IMG/VR virus record: IMGVR_UViG_3300028048_000073
Coordinates: 1-62,659 of that record
Strand: one strand, 5' to 3'
Length of the DNA: 62,659 bases
DNA from: a virus
The translations under genes and the position numbers were made by a program. Shown here piece after piece: positions 18,470 through 30,800 of the stretch (its first letter is position 1; each line of letters opens with the position of its first letter). The notes under the pieces were generated by a model that was not told the DNA's origin, made no database searches, and saw only the letters and a list, made by a program, of their open reading frames with translations.

Positions 18470-19489
18470 ATGAAATTTGGTGTTAGAGAATGTACTAATA
18501 TTGTATTTAGAGCAAAATCTAAAGTTACTATTGGTAACACTACTTTCCAAGCTGGTCAGCCGGTTCTTTATATTGATACGGCAAAGACTTCAACACTTGA
18601 AGGTGCAGCAACCTCTGTATATGCAACTGGTGGTCGTGGTAACCCAAGATTGATTACTTGGGAGGGAGAAAGAACTTTGACTTTTACAGTTGAAGATGCG
18701 CTTTTATCCCCACTTGGTTTCTCAATTCTTTCTGGTGCAGGCCTATTGAAGAATAGCGGAACGGAGCCCGTACACGTGCATAAAGTTGTATATCAGAATA
18801 TCGCAACTGATGGTGTAGTTGACGTTTCTGACGCACTTGATGAAGGGGAGACTTTCTGTGCAGAGGCCCCAATCTTTGTATTACCTACAGAATTGGACGG
18901 TTCAATTGCGCAGGCAGATCCATTTAAAATTAGCACAGCGCCAACTGCTAATTCAATTAAACTAGCTGCAACAGATGCGCCTGGTTATACAAAATATGTT
19001 GAAGCTGACCATGTTGGTACAACTGTTATGGTAGATTTTTATGCTATTGCAGCCGGCGAAGAGGTCGTCCATGAATTACAAATTGATGCAGAAAATTTTG
19101 CTGGCTACTATTATGTTGAAGCAGACACGCTATTTAGACGTCAGGATACGGGAAAAGATATGCCTGCTATTTTAACACTTCCAAATGTTAAAATTCAGTC
19201 TAATTTTACCTTTACAATGGCAAGTTCTGGAGATCCATCAACATTTACATTTACTATGGATGCAATGCCTGGATATACATATTTTAACAAGAAAAAGAAA
19301 GTTCTTTGTGTTGTTCAAGTTATTGAGAGTACACAAGGTGCATCAACACGCGAAAGTGTAATGCCTCATAATGCAACTAGTCATACATCTTTGCATGATG
19401 AAAATGATGTGACAGGAAGAGACGGTACGACGGCTTATAAAGATGGTACATTTATGGATAGCTGGGTAAATGAAACAGCGAATGGTTGA
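18470..19489 (+). CDS. major tail protein (putative)
   Basis: 339-aa ORF, AAGGAGG RBS; beta-rich Thr/Gly composition; sits upstream of the chaperone and tape-measure genes. Confidence 0.45.
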   Translation: MKFGVRECTNIVFRAKSKVTIGNTTFQAGQPVLYIDTAKTSTLEGAATSVYATGGRGNPRLITWEGERTLTFTVEDALLSPLGFSILSGAGLLKNSGTEPVHVHKVVYQNIATDGVVDVSDALDEGETFCAEAPIFVLPTELDGSIAQADPFKISTAPTANSIKLAATDAPGYTKYVEADHVGTTVMVDFYAIAAGEEVVHELQIDAENFAGYYYVEADTLFRRQDTGKDMPAILTLPNVKIQSNFTFTMASSGDPSTFTFTMDAMPGYTYFNKKKKVLCVVQVIESTQGASTRESVMPHNATSHTSLHDENDVTGRDGTTAYKDGTFMDSWVNETANG

Positions 19490-19625
19490 AATAATCAACC
19501 AATTCCTGTAACGCCTGATCCTTAGACTGGTAATATGTAAATAATAATATTGATGCGGGGGTGGTGGCCAATAGGCTGCTACTTCCGTATTTTAATATAC
19601 TATATTATATGGGGGTGAGAAGCAT

Positions 19626-21111
19626 GGGAAGATACACATATAATTCAGCTACTCCATATTATATTCATAATTCTATTATGTCAAAAAGAAAAGGAACTTC
19701 TTTTTTAAATGATGTTGAAGAGAATCCTACCTATAAAACAATATTAGAACAACACTGTAAGGATATAAAATTAGAAAAAAGAATTTCTAATCAGTATTTA
19801 TCATTATATCAAAATTTTTTAAAAGATAACAATGTAAGAATAGATTTTACACAATTAGATATGGAAAAAATAAATCAACAAATTTCAACAGAAATGGAAA
19901 AATTACTTAATGGAGCATCAAAAAAAGCACAACAGCAATATATAGATCTTTTTGATGAAAAGACCCTTTATCAAAGAATTATGGAGAAAGCAGAAGAATA
20001 TATGGATACAGGAAATGGGCAAGCTTTATATGAAATTAATAATAAAATTATGGAACCTTTATTTGATAATATTGCAAAAAGTTTTGGTAGTAATTCATAT
20101 GGAGATTTTATTGAAATATTAAAAAATACATCATCTTTTCAAGATAGTGGTTTTTCTGATAAGTTTTTAAAACAAATACAGAAGACATCAGAACAATATG
20201 ATATAGCTATTGAAAAATTAAAAGCATTAAAAAGCAATAATGGAATTGATTCTAAATCCATTCAAAAATCATTAAGGAGAATTGTATCTGGATTGTCTAC
20301 ATCCCTTTCTCAAAACCTATTAAGCACAGTTATTGGAGAATATAGCGGGTTTTTAGCAACGGATAGTATTAAAAAAGAAATAGAAACCACTTTATTAGGA
20401 TATAAACATGAAGGTACAACACAAGCAGTATCTCTTTCAGGTGAAAAAGTTACAAAGAAACAAGATAATGCCATTTCAACTATTATTGATATTGATGGGA
20501 AAAAAATAAATATTATTATAGGTTTATCTAATAAATGGTATTTTAGTCAAAAAGAAACTAAAGCAGAAATTGGAAAAAATACTATTCAAAATGATTTATC
20601 AATTTCCAGTGGTAGGATGGGATCTGTAATAAGATTGCTTGAGCAAGTAGAAGATATAAAAATGAAATATTTGATAGCGAATGTTGTTCATTTTAAAACA
20701 ACAAATGCAAAAAATAAGAAAGAAGGCTTAATAGAATTGGAAAATCGATATCAAATACCGACTTTGGTTTATCGAAATATTATTTTATTAGGTTTTTTAT
20801 CTGGTTTTGTTTCTGCTGGTAAACGAGATTTTGTAAATTATTTTTTAATAAATGGACAATTTAAATCTGTCTTAGAGATAATTCAAGATTTTTTAGAAAC
20901 AAAAACTAAAATTGAAGATTATTTCTCTGTATTTTTTGGCTCAAAGCTATATAAGACTCCAGTTTCAGTAATCTCTGTTAATGAAAATTTTTGGGGAGAA
21001 AATCCATTAAAAGGAAGTAAAGAGAGATTGGTTAGATTGGATAGAGTTCCTATTTTATTAGAAATGCATATAGGAAAAATAATAAGAGCGCAAAATAATT
21101 TAGAAGGATAA
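19626..21111 (+). CDS. hypothetical 495-aa protein of unknown function (AT-rich, accessory/moron candidate)
   Basis: Track ORF 19561 trimmed to the ATG after a GGGGGTGAG RBS. GC is about 26% versus about 36% in flanking tail genes. A consensus promoter follows immediately downstream. Confidence 0.5.
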
Positions 21112-21112
21112 T

Positions 21113-21141
21113 TTGACATTTCAAAAAATTTTTGTTATAAT
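21113..21141 (+). promoter_or_regulatory. sigma-70-type promoter with extended -10: TTGACA-17nt-tgtTATAAT
   Basis: Perfect hexamers; nearly identical to the 4253 promoter; sits inside the tail module. Confidence 0.55.
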
Positions 21142-21185
21142 ATAAAAAAGGAATAAAATCAAAAGTGGAAAAGGAGTTAGATAAT

Positions 21186-21743
21186 ATGGAAACAGAAATT
21201 ACTTCTCTATATCCTCATTTTTCAGATATAGATACAAAATATAAAAAAGAATTTAAGACTTTTATTTGGCGCGATAAAGAAATTAAAGTATCTCAATATC
21301 TTCCTATTGATGAGAAAATTGCTTTAATTGATATTGCACTTCAAAAGTCAATGCACAATGGTATAGTACATCCGCTTCAGCTTGAAAAATATTACCAGCT
21401 TGGTCTTGTTTATATGTATTCTGATATTGTATTCTCAGAAGAGGATCGTACAGATGAAGCTAAGATTTATGATGAACTTTATGTAACGGGATTATTAAAT
21501 GAGGTTATAAAATATATCCCAACGAAAGAATTGCAGACTTGCGCAGATAAACTTAATCAAACTAAAGCTGCTATTGAAAAGCATAAAGTAAGTGCAGTTG
21601 GTATTATTGAAACATTGATTGATACTATTGAAAATGAAGTTCCGCATATCATGGATATGGTAAATAATCTTACACCAGAAAATGCACAGCAGCTATTGCA
21701 GATGATTTCATCAAAAATACCTGTAGAGGAAGGTCAAAATTAA
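21186..21743 (+). CDS. tail assembly chaperone (putative)
   Basis: Acidic protein of about 186 aa immediately upstream of the tape-measure gene; GGAAAAGGAG RBS. Confidence 0.4.
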   Translation: METEITSLYPHFSDIDTKYKKEFKTFIWRDKEIKVSQYLPIDEKIALIDIALQKSMHNGIVHPLQLEKYYQLGLVYMYSDIVFSEEDRTDEAKIYDELYVTGLLNEVIKYIPTKELQTCADKLNQTKAAIEKHKVSAVGIIETLIDTIENEVPHIMDMVNNLTPENAQQLLQMISSKIPVEEGQN

Positions 21744-21770
21744 ATAAGCAGAACAAGTTAATTCGTCTAA

Positions 21771-21806
21771 GTCTATTATCATTATATAATGATAATAGAC
21801 TTTTTT
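21771..21806 (+). terminator. rho-independent terminator/attenuator: 14-bp stem gtctattatcatta-tata-taatgataatagac plus T6
   Basis: perfect hairpin followed by TTTTTTATTTT, between the chaperone and tape-measure genes. Confidence 0.55.
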
Positions 21807-21840
21807 ATTTTATTGTGAAAACAAAAAGGAGGAAAAGGAT

Positions 21841-24800
21841 ATGGCTAACAGTGGTCGTTTTGAATATACGATTGGTTTTAAAACTGATGATAAAGGTTTA
21901 AGAGACGCTCGTAAAGCATTACAAGAAATTCAAAATTTGACAATTAATTCACCCGGTATGTCAGATAAAAGTGGATTTTTGGAAAATGCTAAAAAAAGTG
22001 CTGCAGAATTAGAATTAGCTTTAACAAAAGCATATAACGTAAAAATGGGCACTACAAGCGTAGCTAAATTAAATACAGAATTAAATAATTTAAAAACACC
22101 TTTGAATAAAATATATGAAGATATGGTTGCAATAGGACCGAAAGGTGAGGCAGCTTTTAATAAGATTGCTGCGCAAGCAATGAAAACGAATCTTCAAATT
22201 AAGCAAGGTAATATAATTTTAAATAAATTTGGAAAAACTTTATGGAGAAATGTTGAATGGTTAATTTCTGGTAATTTAATTAATACAGTTACTGGAGTTT
22301 TTACAAAAGCATACGGATTTACTAAAAATTTAGATAGCTCATTGAATGATATTCGTATTGTAACTGGAAAAAGCGCAGATGAAATGGCGCGTTTTGGTAA
22401 AGAAGCACAAGAAACTGCCGCAAAATTAGGCAAAGGGACTACAGATATCACCAATGCTTCTTTAATTTTCTATCAGCAAGGACTTGACAGAGAAGAGGTT
22501 GATGCGCGCACAGAAGTTACTGCAAAAATGGCGAATGTAACAAAACAATCTGCTGATGTTGTTGCGGATCAAATGACAGCTATTTGGAATGGTTTTAGAG
22601 CAGGTAGTGATGAATTGGAGCACTATGCGGATGTAATGACTGCTATTGCTGCAAGTACAGCGTCCAGCTCACAAGAATTGGCTGGATCAATCTCTAAGGT
22701 GGCATCTATTGCCAATACAACTGGTGTTGACATGGAGCAACTATCCGCTATGATATCAACTGTCATTTCTGTAACTAGAGACAGCCCAGAAACAGTTGGT
22801 ACAGCATTTAAAACTATTTTTGCCCGTATCAATGATTTAGTTGAAGATGGCACAGATGAGTTTGGTGTTTCTCTTGGTAGAATATCTTCTCATTTGGCTA
22901 ATATGGGCATTGAAATTCTTAATGAAGATGGAACATTAAGAAACTTAGGAAATACATTAACAGAAACGGGAGAAAAATGGAAATCTTATAGTAGAGAACA
23001 ACAAATCGCCATTGCTGAACAAATGGGTGGTAAACGTCAATGGAACCAAGTGCTTGCCCTGTTCGATAACTGGGATAAATATAAAAACGCTCTTGATGTA
23101 GCAAGAGATTCAACGGGAGCACTACAAAAACAACAAGATATTTATATGGATTCCACAGAAGCACATTTACAAGCGGTAAAGACTGCTTGGGAAGGCGTCT
23201 ATGGAGAAATGATGACTGCTGACAATATTAATACTGTTGCGGATTTCTTTACGGATTTATTAGAAAAAGTTCAAAGTTTTATTCAAGCCGTTGGAGGAAT
23301 GAAGCCTTTATTAACTAGCGTTGCAGGAATTTTAATGACTTCTTTTTCTTCTCAAATTGGTCAAAGTATTGGCAATATAGCTTTGAATTTTCAGAGAATG
23401 TCATATAATGCAAGAGAACTTTCTGCACAAAATCAATTAATTGCGCAATTTGGTAAGTTGGAAAGTCCTTTAATGAAAGAGTTGGCAGATAATCATCAAA
23501 AAATCTTACAATATCAGTCAAGTATGACGGAGCAACAAAGACAACAATATGAAAGTTTATTGGATATTAGAGTTGAAGCAGAAAATGAATATAAAGCTAT
23601 AAAAGAACAAGACGACGCTTTAAAAGGTCTCTTAACGAAATATGAACAAATTGGAGAAATACAAAAGCAAAACAATTCTTTATCAGAAACAACAGACGCT
23701 ATCCAGCAACGTGCGGGCGCCCTTGAAACAATGCGTGAGAATGAAGGGTTTGAAACAAAAAGTGGGCGTTTAGTTTCTTTAGATTGGACAGATAATGATC
23801 ATAAACAGACAATAGATAGTTTGAAAATTGTTAATGCCATAGAACAAGAAATAGTTAAAAGACAAGAACAAGCAATTAAATTAAAAGAACAAATGGTAGA
23901 ACAAACAGGAAAACAAAAGGAAGCTACTCGAAAACAAGCTAAAGAAGAAGAAACTATTGTAAAATATTTAAGAGAAGCTGCTGATATAGCTCGAGAAAAT
24001 GCTCATAGAAGAGCAACGGAAAAAGGAAATCCAAGCCTGCCAAGCAAGGCTGCAAAGACCATTGAAGAAGTACAACAAAAAATTACAAATAAATATCAGG
24101 GAAATCATGATGATGTTGTAGATTTAGTTAAAAATTTAAATGATGTGTTAGGTAAAACAAGTAAACCTGCTGAATCTGCTAAACAAAAAATTGATTTAAT
24201 TAAAGCAAGTTTAGAAAAACTTGGCAAACAAGGGGCTTTAACGGAGAAAGATGTTCAAAACTTAAAAGATAAGTATGATGCATTTGGACAAACAATATCT
24301 AAGGTAACATCTAAAGAAACTTTAATAGAAGGATTTGGAAAATTAAAACAAGAAGTTTTAGCTACGGGAGCAGTTTCTGAAGAAGAATTTACAAAAATGA
24401 TTCAAATGCTTCAAGATGGCGTTCCACAAGCGGCAGATACTGCAAAAGCACATCTTGAAGCTGCAAAAAAAGCAACTAAAGAATTTTTTGAACAATTGGA
24501 TTTTCAAAATAAAATAAAGAACATTACTACAGCAATCGGCGCAGTTGGTCAATTAGCGGGGGCAATTCAATCACTTAAAAATTTAGGTTCTATTTGGGAT
24601 AATAAAGATTTAACAACTGGAGAGAAACTATTACAAACTGTTCAAAATTTAGGTTTTGTAATTCCTATGCTAACTACTTCAGTAATGAATTTAACTAAAT
24701 CTTTATTTGCAAATGCCGGAGCTTTAACAGTAGAAATGCTAGCTGAAAAAGGAGTTGTGCTACAAAAAGGTGCTCATTTAACTGTTACACAATTATTAAC

Positions 24801-27800
24801 CATAGCACAAGTTGCATTAAATGCCGCTTTAAAAGCTAATCCAATCGGTCTCGTTATAACTGCAATTGCCGCACTAGTTTTGGCTATGAAAGGACTTTTG
24901 TCAATTCTTAATAAGGCAACTAAAATTACGGGCGGATGGAGGGCAGCTACTGTTGCCCTAGGCACAGGTATTGGGGCTCTATTTTTAGGTCCTATTGGGG
25001 CTGCTATTGGGTTGACTGCAGGATTAATAGCTAATTTCTGGCAATTAAAAGATGCTGAAGAAGCCGAAAGAAAAGCTATGATTGAATCATCAAAAGCTAA
25101 AATTGAAGCTAATAAAGAACTTCTGGAAACAGCAAAAGCTCAGCAAGAAGCTATACAGTCTTTTAAAGATGCTTATGATGCTTATGAAAAAGATAGGAAT
25201 AAATTAAGCGATTTAACCACAGCAGTTGAGGCATATAGACAAACACTGTCTAGTTCTGAACAAAAACAACTCGACCACTTAAAACATATTGCAGATATTA
25301 CTGGAAATTATGATCTTTTAAGAGATGCTATTCTTGGTGTTGAAGCGGCGGTGCAAGGAACAGAAAATAAAATTTCAGAAGAAAATAAATCTAATTATGA
25401 AAAACTTGTTGCTGCTGAAATAGAAGAAGGTAGTGGGGCAGAAAATTTTAAAGAAGTAAAAGGTAAAGATAGTATTTCTGATTTTACTGGAAAATCAGAT
25501 TCTTCTTCAATTACAGTAAAATATACTTATAATGGCTTAGGAAACAATTCAGGAGAAAAACGAGAATTTGGTACAGAAGAAGAAGCAACGGAATGGTATA
25601 GGAGCTTGAGTACGGATGAACAGGCACAATGGAGTGCTGGTAGCCCTGTTTCCGTAACTGGTAAAGGTTTTGTTGTATCTGGTTCTAGTTCACAAAATTT
25701 TTCCAATATAGGAAAAGCATATAATACTCATTTTAATCAACTTGGTCAGGCTATGGCTCAACAATTGGTTCAAAGTGGGTTAATAACAGAAAAAGATCAA
25801 AAAGAAGTTGCTAATTTTTTAACTTCGGAATTTAAAAAAGGCAATTTTAGTATGGATACTTTGCAACAGGCAATTCAATCCAAATGGGGCATCGATCCAG
25901 AAAAAATGAAAAAAGGATTTGCTAATGTTGTTGCAGAAACAATGCAAGATTGGGATGATATTCTTTTAAATAGTGAAAATTTGGATGTCAATAGCTCTTT
26001 TTATCAAATTGCTCGCGGTGCGATAAATTTTTATACAACTGAAAATACACAAGGCTTAGCTGACACCAATCAATTTTTAGATAAGAATAAAATAGAAAAA
26101 GCAGTATCAGAAACAACTAAAAAATACGAAAATGATTTTAAAAAAGCTGTAAAAATGTCTAAAGAGCAAATTCAATTAAAAACAGAAGAAATATATAAAG
26201 ATTTGCTTTCACAGGGATTAGATTCTGAAGATGCTAGAGATCAAGCTGAACAAATTGTCCAAGGGTTTTTTAGTGATATTGAAGGTGGTATGACTGAGGC
26301 CGCAAAGAATGGCATTTTAAGTTTTAATAATGGCGAAATTGTAAAAACATTAGTCAATGGAGTGAATTTAAAATCATTAAAAACAAATTTTGAAGAAGAA
26401 TTAAAGAGGCATCCAATAAAAGTTGATGGAAAAGATTTTTACATTGATGTCGAAAACTTATCTTGGGAAGGTATCCAACAAGATATTAATAACGGTTCAT
26501 TAAAAAAAGAAGATATTTTTAATGCAGAAGGTCAATTAAATGTTGATACAAAATCTTTACAAATTTTAGCATCTTATTCTCAAGAATATCAAAATTTAGG
26601 AAACAATGTTGCAACTACAACAACTAATTTTGAGCAATTAAATGGTACTATTGATAGTTTGAATGAAAAGATTGAAAAGAAAAATATTAAAAATCTTGAT
26701 AAGGATTCTGATTGGAAAGCATTACAAGAGTCTGAAAGTGATTTAAGAATTTTATTTAAAGATAATGAAGAAATGCTTGAAAAAATGGATATTCTTTTTG
26801 ATCCATCTAAATATGGCACAGATGAGTGGTATGAAGCTTTTCATCGAGTAGCTGATGGAATTAGGTCATCTGGAACAATAGAAGCTTTTAATGAAATGAG
26901 TAAGGTTGAAAATGATTTTCTTAATGAGCATAGAACAATCCAAGAAGAAATAGGCGGAAAGACAGATTTTCAAGTTAAAATGGAAGTTGATGGTGATGAA
27001 TATGAAGATTATATGGAAAAAATCACCGATGCTGATTATAAAGTCAATGTTCAAGTTCAAGTAGAAAATTCTAGAGAATTAAAAGATTTAAAAAATGAAC
27101 TTAATTCCACTATTGGGTTAGCTGGAAAAATTGGCGAGGGATTTATTGTTTCTCGAGATGATTTGTTCGAATTAGCAGAGGCATATCCTGCACTTTTAAA
27201 GAATGCCCAGCATATGACAGACGGGACTATTAAATTAAATGAGGCTTCTGTAAAAGATTTTATAGATGCTAAGAAAAAAGAATTTCAAGCAGAAGTTGAA
27301 GCAAAAAGGCAGAAAATATTAGCACAAATTGAAATTTTAAAGCATAAAAAAGAAACTTATGATAAAATGGCTGATATTGGCGCGAGAATGGCTTCAGGGG
27401 CAATTGATACGGAAGAAGACCTTGTTGAGGTTACTGGACAATTAGATGCACATAATGAGGATTTAAAAATTGCTAATCATTATCTTACAAATCAAGAAGA
27501 TAGTAAATTAATGGAAGCTAATGTAGATGATTTTAATAAATCAGGTAAAAAAATTGTAGACAGTAATAGATCGTTTTGGCAACAAGTTGTTGATGACAGG
27601 GCTGCAATTTTAAGTGGACAAGCAATAACGGATTCATATAATCCAGATGATTTTAAATGGTCATCGGATAGCTGGGATGATTTAATAGGCTTTATTAATA
27701 GAAAAGACCTTGGAAATGGACACTATCTTGCAGATTATTGGGGAGCTATTGATGAAATAAAAAACCGAGGTCAAGATATATATGATAAATTTCATAAGTT

Positions 27801-30800
27801 AAGTGAAGAAACTCAAGGGCTTATAGACGATGAGTATGCTTCATTAGATAGCTTAAATTTATATGAAAAAGCTGGATTAGATGCTTTTAATAATATTGGA
27901 AAAGTAACTGATGCGACCAAGGATAACACAAAAGCAGAAAAAGATGCAGCAGAAGCACAACAAGAATTGCTCGATTTGTTAAATGAAGAAATAGATGCAT
28001 ATCATGATGTTACGCAACAAATTGAGCGCCATACGACAGCATTAAATCGTCTTCAAAAAGCTCAAGAAAAAGCCACCGGAAAAACATTAATTAAAAATCT
28101 TCAAGATCAGATGAAGGCATATCAAGATCTAAATAATGACTATGCAGACAAGCAGTTCTTACAATATGAAGAGGCTGCTGCTTATAGAGTCCAACTTGAA
28201 GAGCAGGGTGTTGCTTTTGATGAAAACGGTGTCATTAGCAATTATAGTGATATTCTTAATCAAAAACAAAAAGAAATTAATGCTGATCTAGCATGGTATA
28301 ATTCTCTAAGTGCAGAGGATCAAGAGGCACAAAAAGATTGGATTGAATCTCGACAAGCAGAGTATGATAGCTTAGTAGATCTTATTGGCAATTATGACCA
28401 GCTATGGAATCAAGATATTCCTGATTTGGCAGATGAAATAGCTGAGAATATTGATAAACAAGTTGAGCTTGAATTAGAGATTAAAAAACAAATTGTTCAA
28501 ATTGAGGTAGATAAGGGTTCCTTAAAACGAATGGAGATGGAACTTAATAAAACACTCGATAATGTACAAGAGAAAGATTTAGAGAGAAATCTTGCCTATA
28601 ATATCCAATCTTATTTTACCTATAGTGATGAAGAAAAGGCAAAATTAAAAAGATATTTAGAGGCAAAGCAGAAAAAAGATGAAGCAGATACAAGTGGAGA
28701 AGACCTATCAGCAGCAGATTTGGAGAACTATAGGGAAGCATTAGAAGATTATAATTCAATAATGCAAGAAAAGGCTAAGCAAGCGAATGAGATAATTTCA
28801 AGTGCTTTTGATGGCTTAAATGAAAAAATTGAAAGACAAAAAACTCAATTTGAAACTATGTCTAAATTATTTGAACATGATATGAACCTTATAAAATTAA
28901 GATATGGTGATCAAGCTTTTGAACAATTGAAGACTCTTTACGCGGCAAGAGAAGAAAACGCAAAAGCACAGCTTAGTAATGCGAATTTGGCTTTAGAAGT
29001 CGCTCAAAAAGAACTAGCAGCTGCGCAAGCAAAAGGAGATTTAGATTTAGTGCAGGCGGCGCAGGATAAAGTAACATCAGCATTGGAAGCACAGAGACAA
29101 GCCGTCATTGATGGTATTAATGCAATTCAAGATACTGCAATGAATACTGTCGATGCTATCTTTGCGCATTTAGATGAACAAGTTGCTGGAGTTTCTTTTG
29201 AAAAAATGAAAAAACAATGGGATGACATGGAAAAGGATTCTGCTGATTATTATGATGCTATTAATGGAGCGTATGAGATAGAGAAATTACGTACTAATAT
29301 GAAAAAAGCAATTAATGAATCTGGAAGTGCGGCTACACAAAAGGCATTAAATAATTTAATGAATGAAGAAATTACAAAATTACAACAAAAAGATAAATTA
29401 TCAAAATATGATATTGAGAGAGCTAATGCTTTATTTGATATAGAACAAAAACGTGCTGCTTTTAGAGAAGCGCAAAACAATAAATCTAAAATGCGTTTAC
29501 GTAGAGATGCATCTGGTAACTATTCTTATCAGTTTGTTTCTGATGAAGATAAAGTAACTTCTGCAATACAAGATTTGGCAGATGCTCAAAATCAATTATA
29601 TAATATAGACAAGGAAGCATATAAAAATAATCTTGAAAAAATGCAAGAATACTACTTGGAATACCAAGAAGAAATGAAGGCGGCGGCGAACGCTAGCGCA
29701 GAAGAACGACAAGCAATCGAAGACAGATATATGGAACGTGTTGCTGAACTTCAAGAAGAAAATAGAGATGCAAGTAGGAACCTAATTCAAGATGTTGTAA
29801 ATGATAGCGAAATATTAACTGGAAAGAGTATTGAAAATATAGAAGATATGACTCAAGCCGAAGTAGATGCGCTTATGGGGAGTGCTATTCCTGCATGGAA
29901 GTCTTATCTTGGTGTTATGAGTCGATCAAAAGACTTATTGGCCGATATGAAACAAGCTGGACTGGATGCCTCTCAGGTTTTTGACACTTCAAAAGCAAAA
30001 ATTGATATTGAAATGGCTCTTAATGGACTATCATGGGATAGCTTAATAGAAGGCTTTGATCCAGCTGTAGAAAACATAAAAACAATGACATCCTCAACAA
30101 ATGAGATTGCGCAAGAGGTAAAGAATATTTCTGCAGGGGTTAGTCAATTTATAGAAGCTATTAAGTCTAACAATTTCACAGAGGGGCTAGAAAAATTTGT
30201 GATGGCTTTAGAAAATGGAACATTAATTACGCCTGCAATTAATATTTTACCTCAAAGAAATGCCTATATTTCTTCTGATAATATGGATACTATTGTTGAT
30301 TCTGCCGCTAGTCCAATGGATAGAATAATTACATCATATACACAACTTAAAGGGGAAGAGGCAAGAGCTCGTCGAGATCAACTTATTGATAATGGAGTGA
30401 TTTTTGATGCTGATGGAATTATTAATAACTATGCTGAAATTATAAAGCAAAAACAATTGGGGCTTAGCGCCGATTCAGCATGGAGCAGTTCCTTAAGTGG
30501 AGAAGATCAAGAGATACAGAAAGATTGGATTGAATCTCGTCAAGCAGAATATGATAATCTCATAGATTTAATTAGCGGTTATGACCAGTTATGGAATCGA
30601 GATATTCCTGCTTTAACAAATGAAATAACAAAAATCGCAGAAGAAAAAACGAGTAATGATTTACAAGAACGAGTTAGCGATTTAATAGATAATTCCATGT
30701 TTGTTTCTGAAACAGTTCAATTTTTAGCAGATAGGTTATCTAAGGTATATTCTCAGCAGTCTGAAATACTAAGCGAGACGATGGATTATTTACATACTTT

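Noticed and set aside
21186-21841. Programmed -1 frameshift chaperone pair (G/GT-like) upstream of the tape-measure gene
   Set aside because: No overlapping downstream ORF in the -1 frame and no slippery heptamer were evident. The gene is instead followed by a terminator hairpin.
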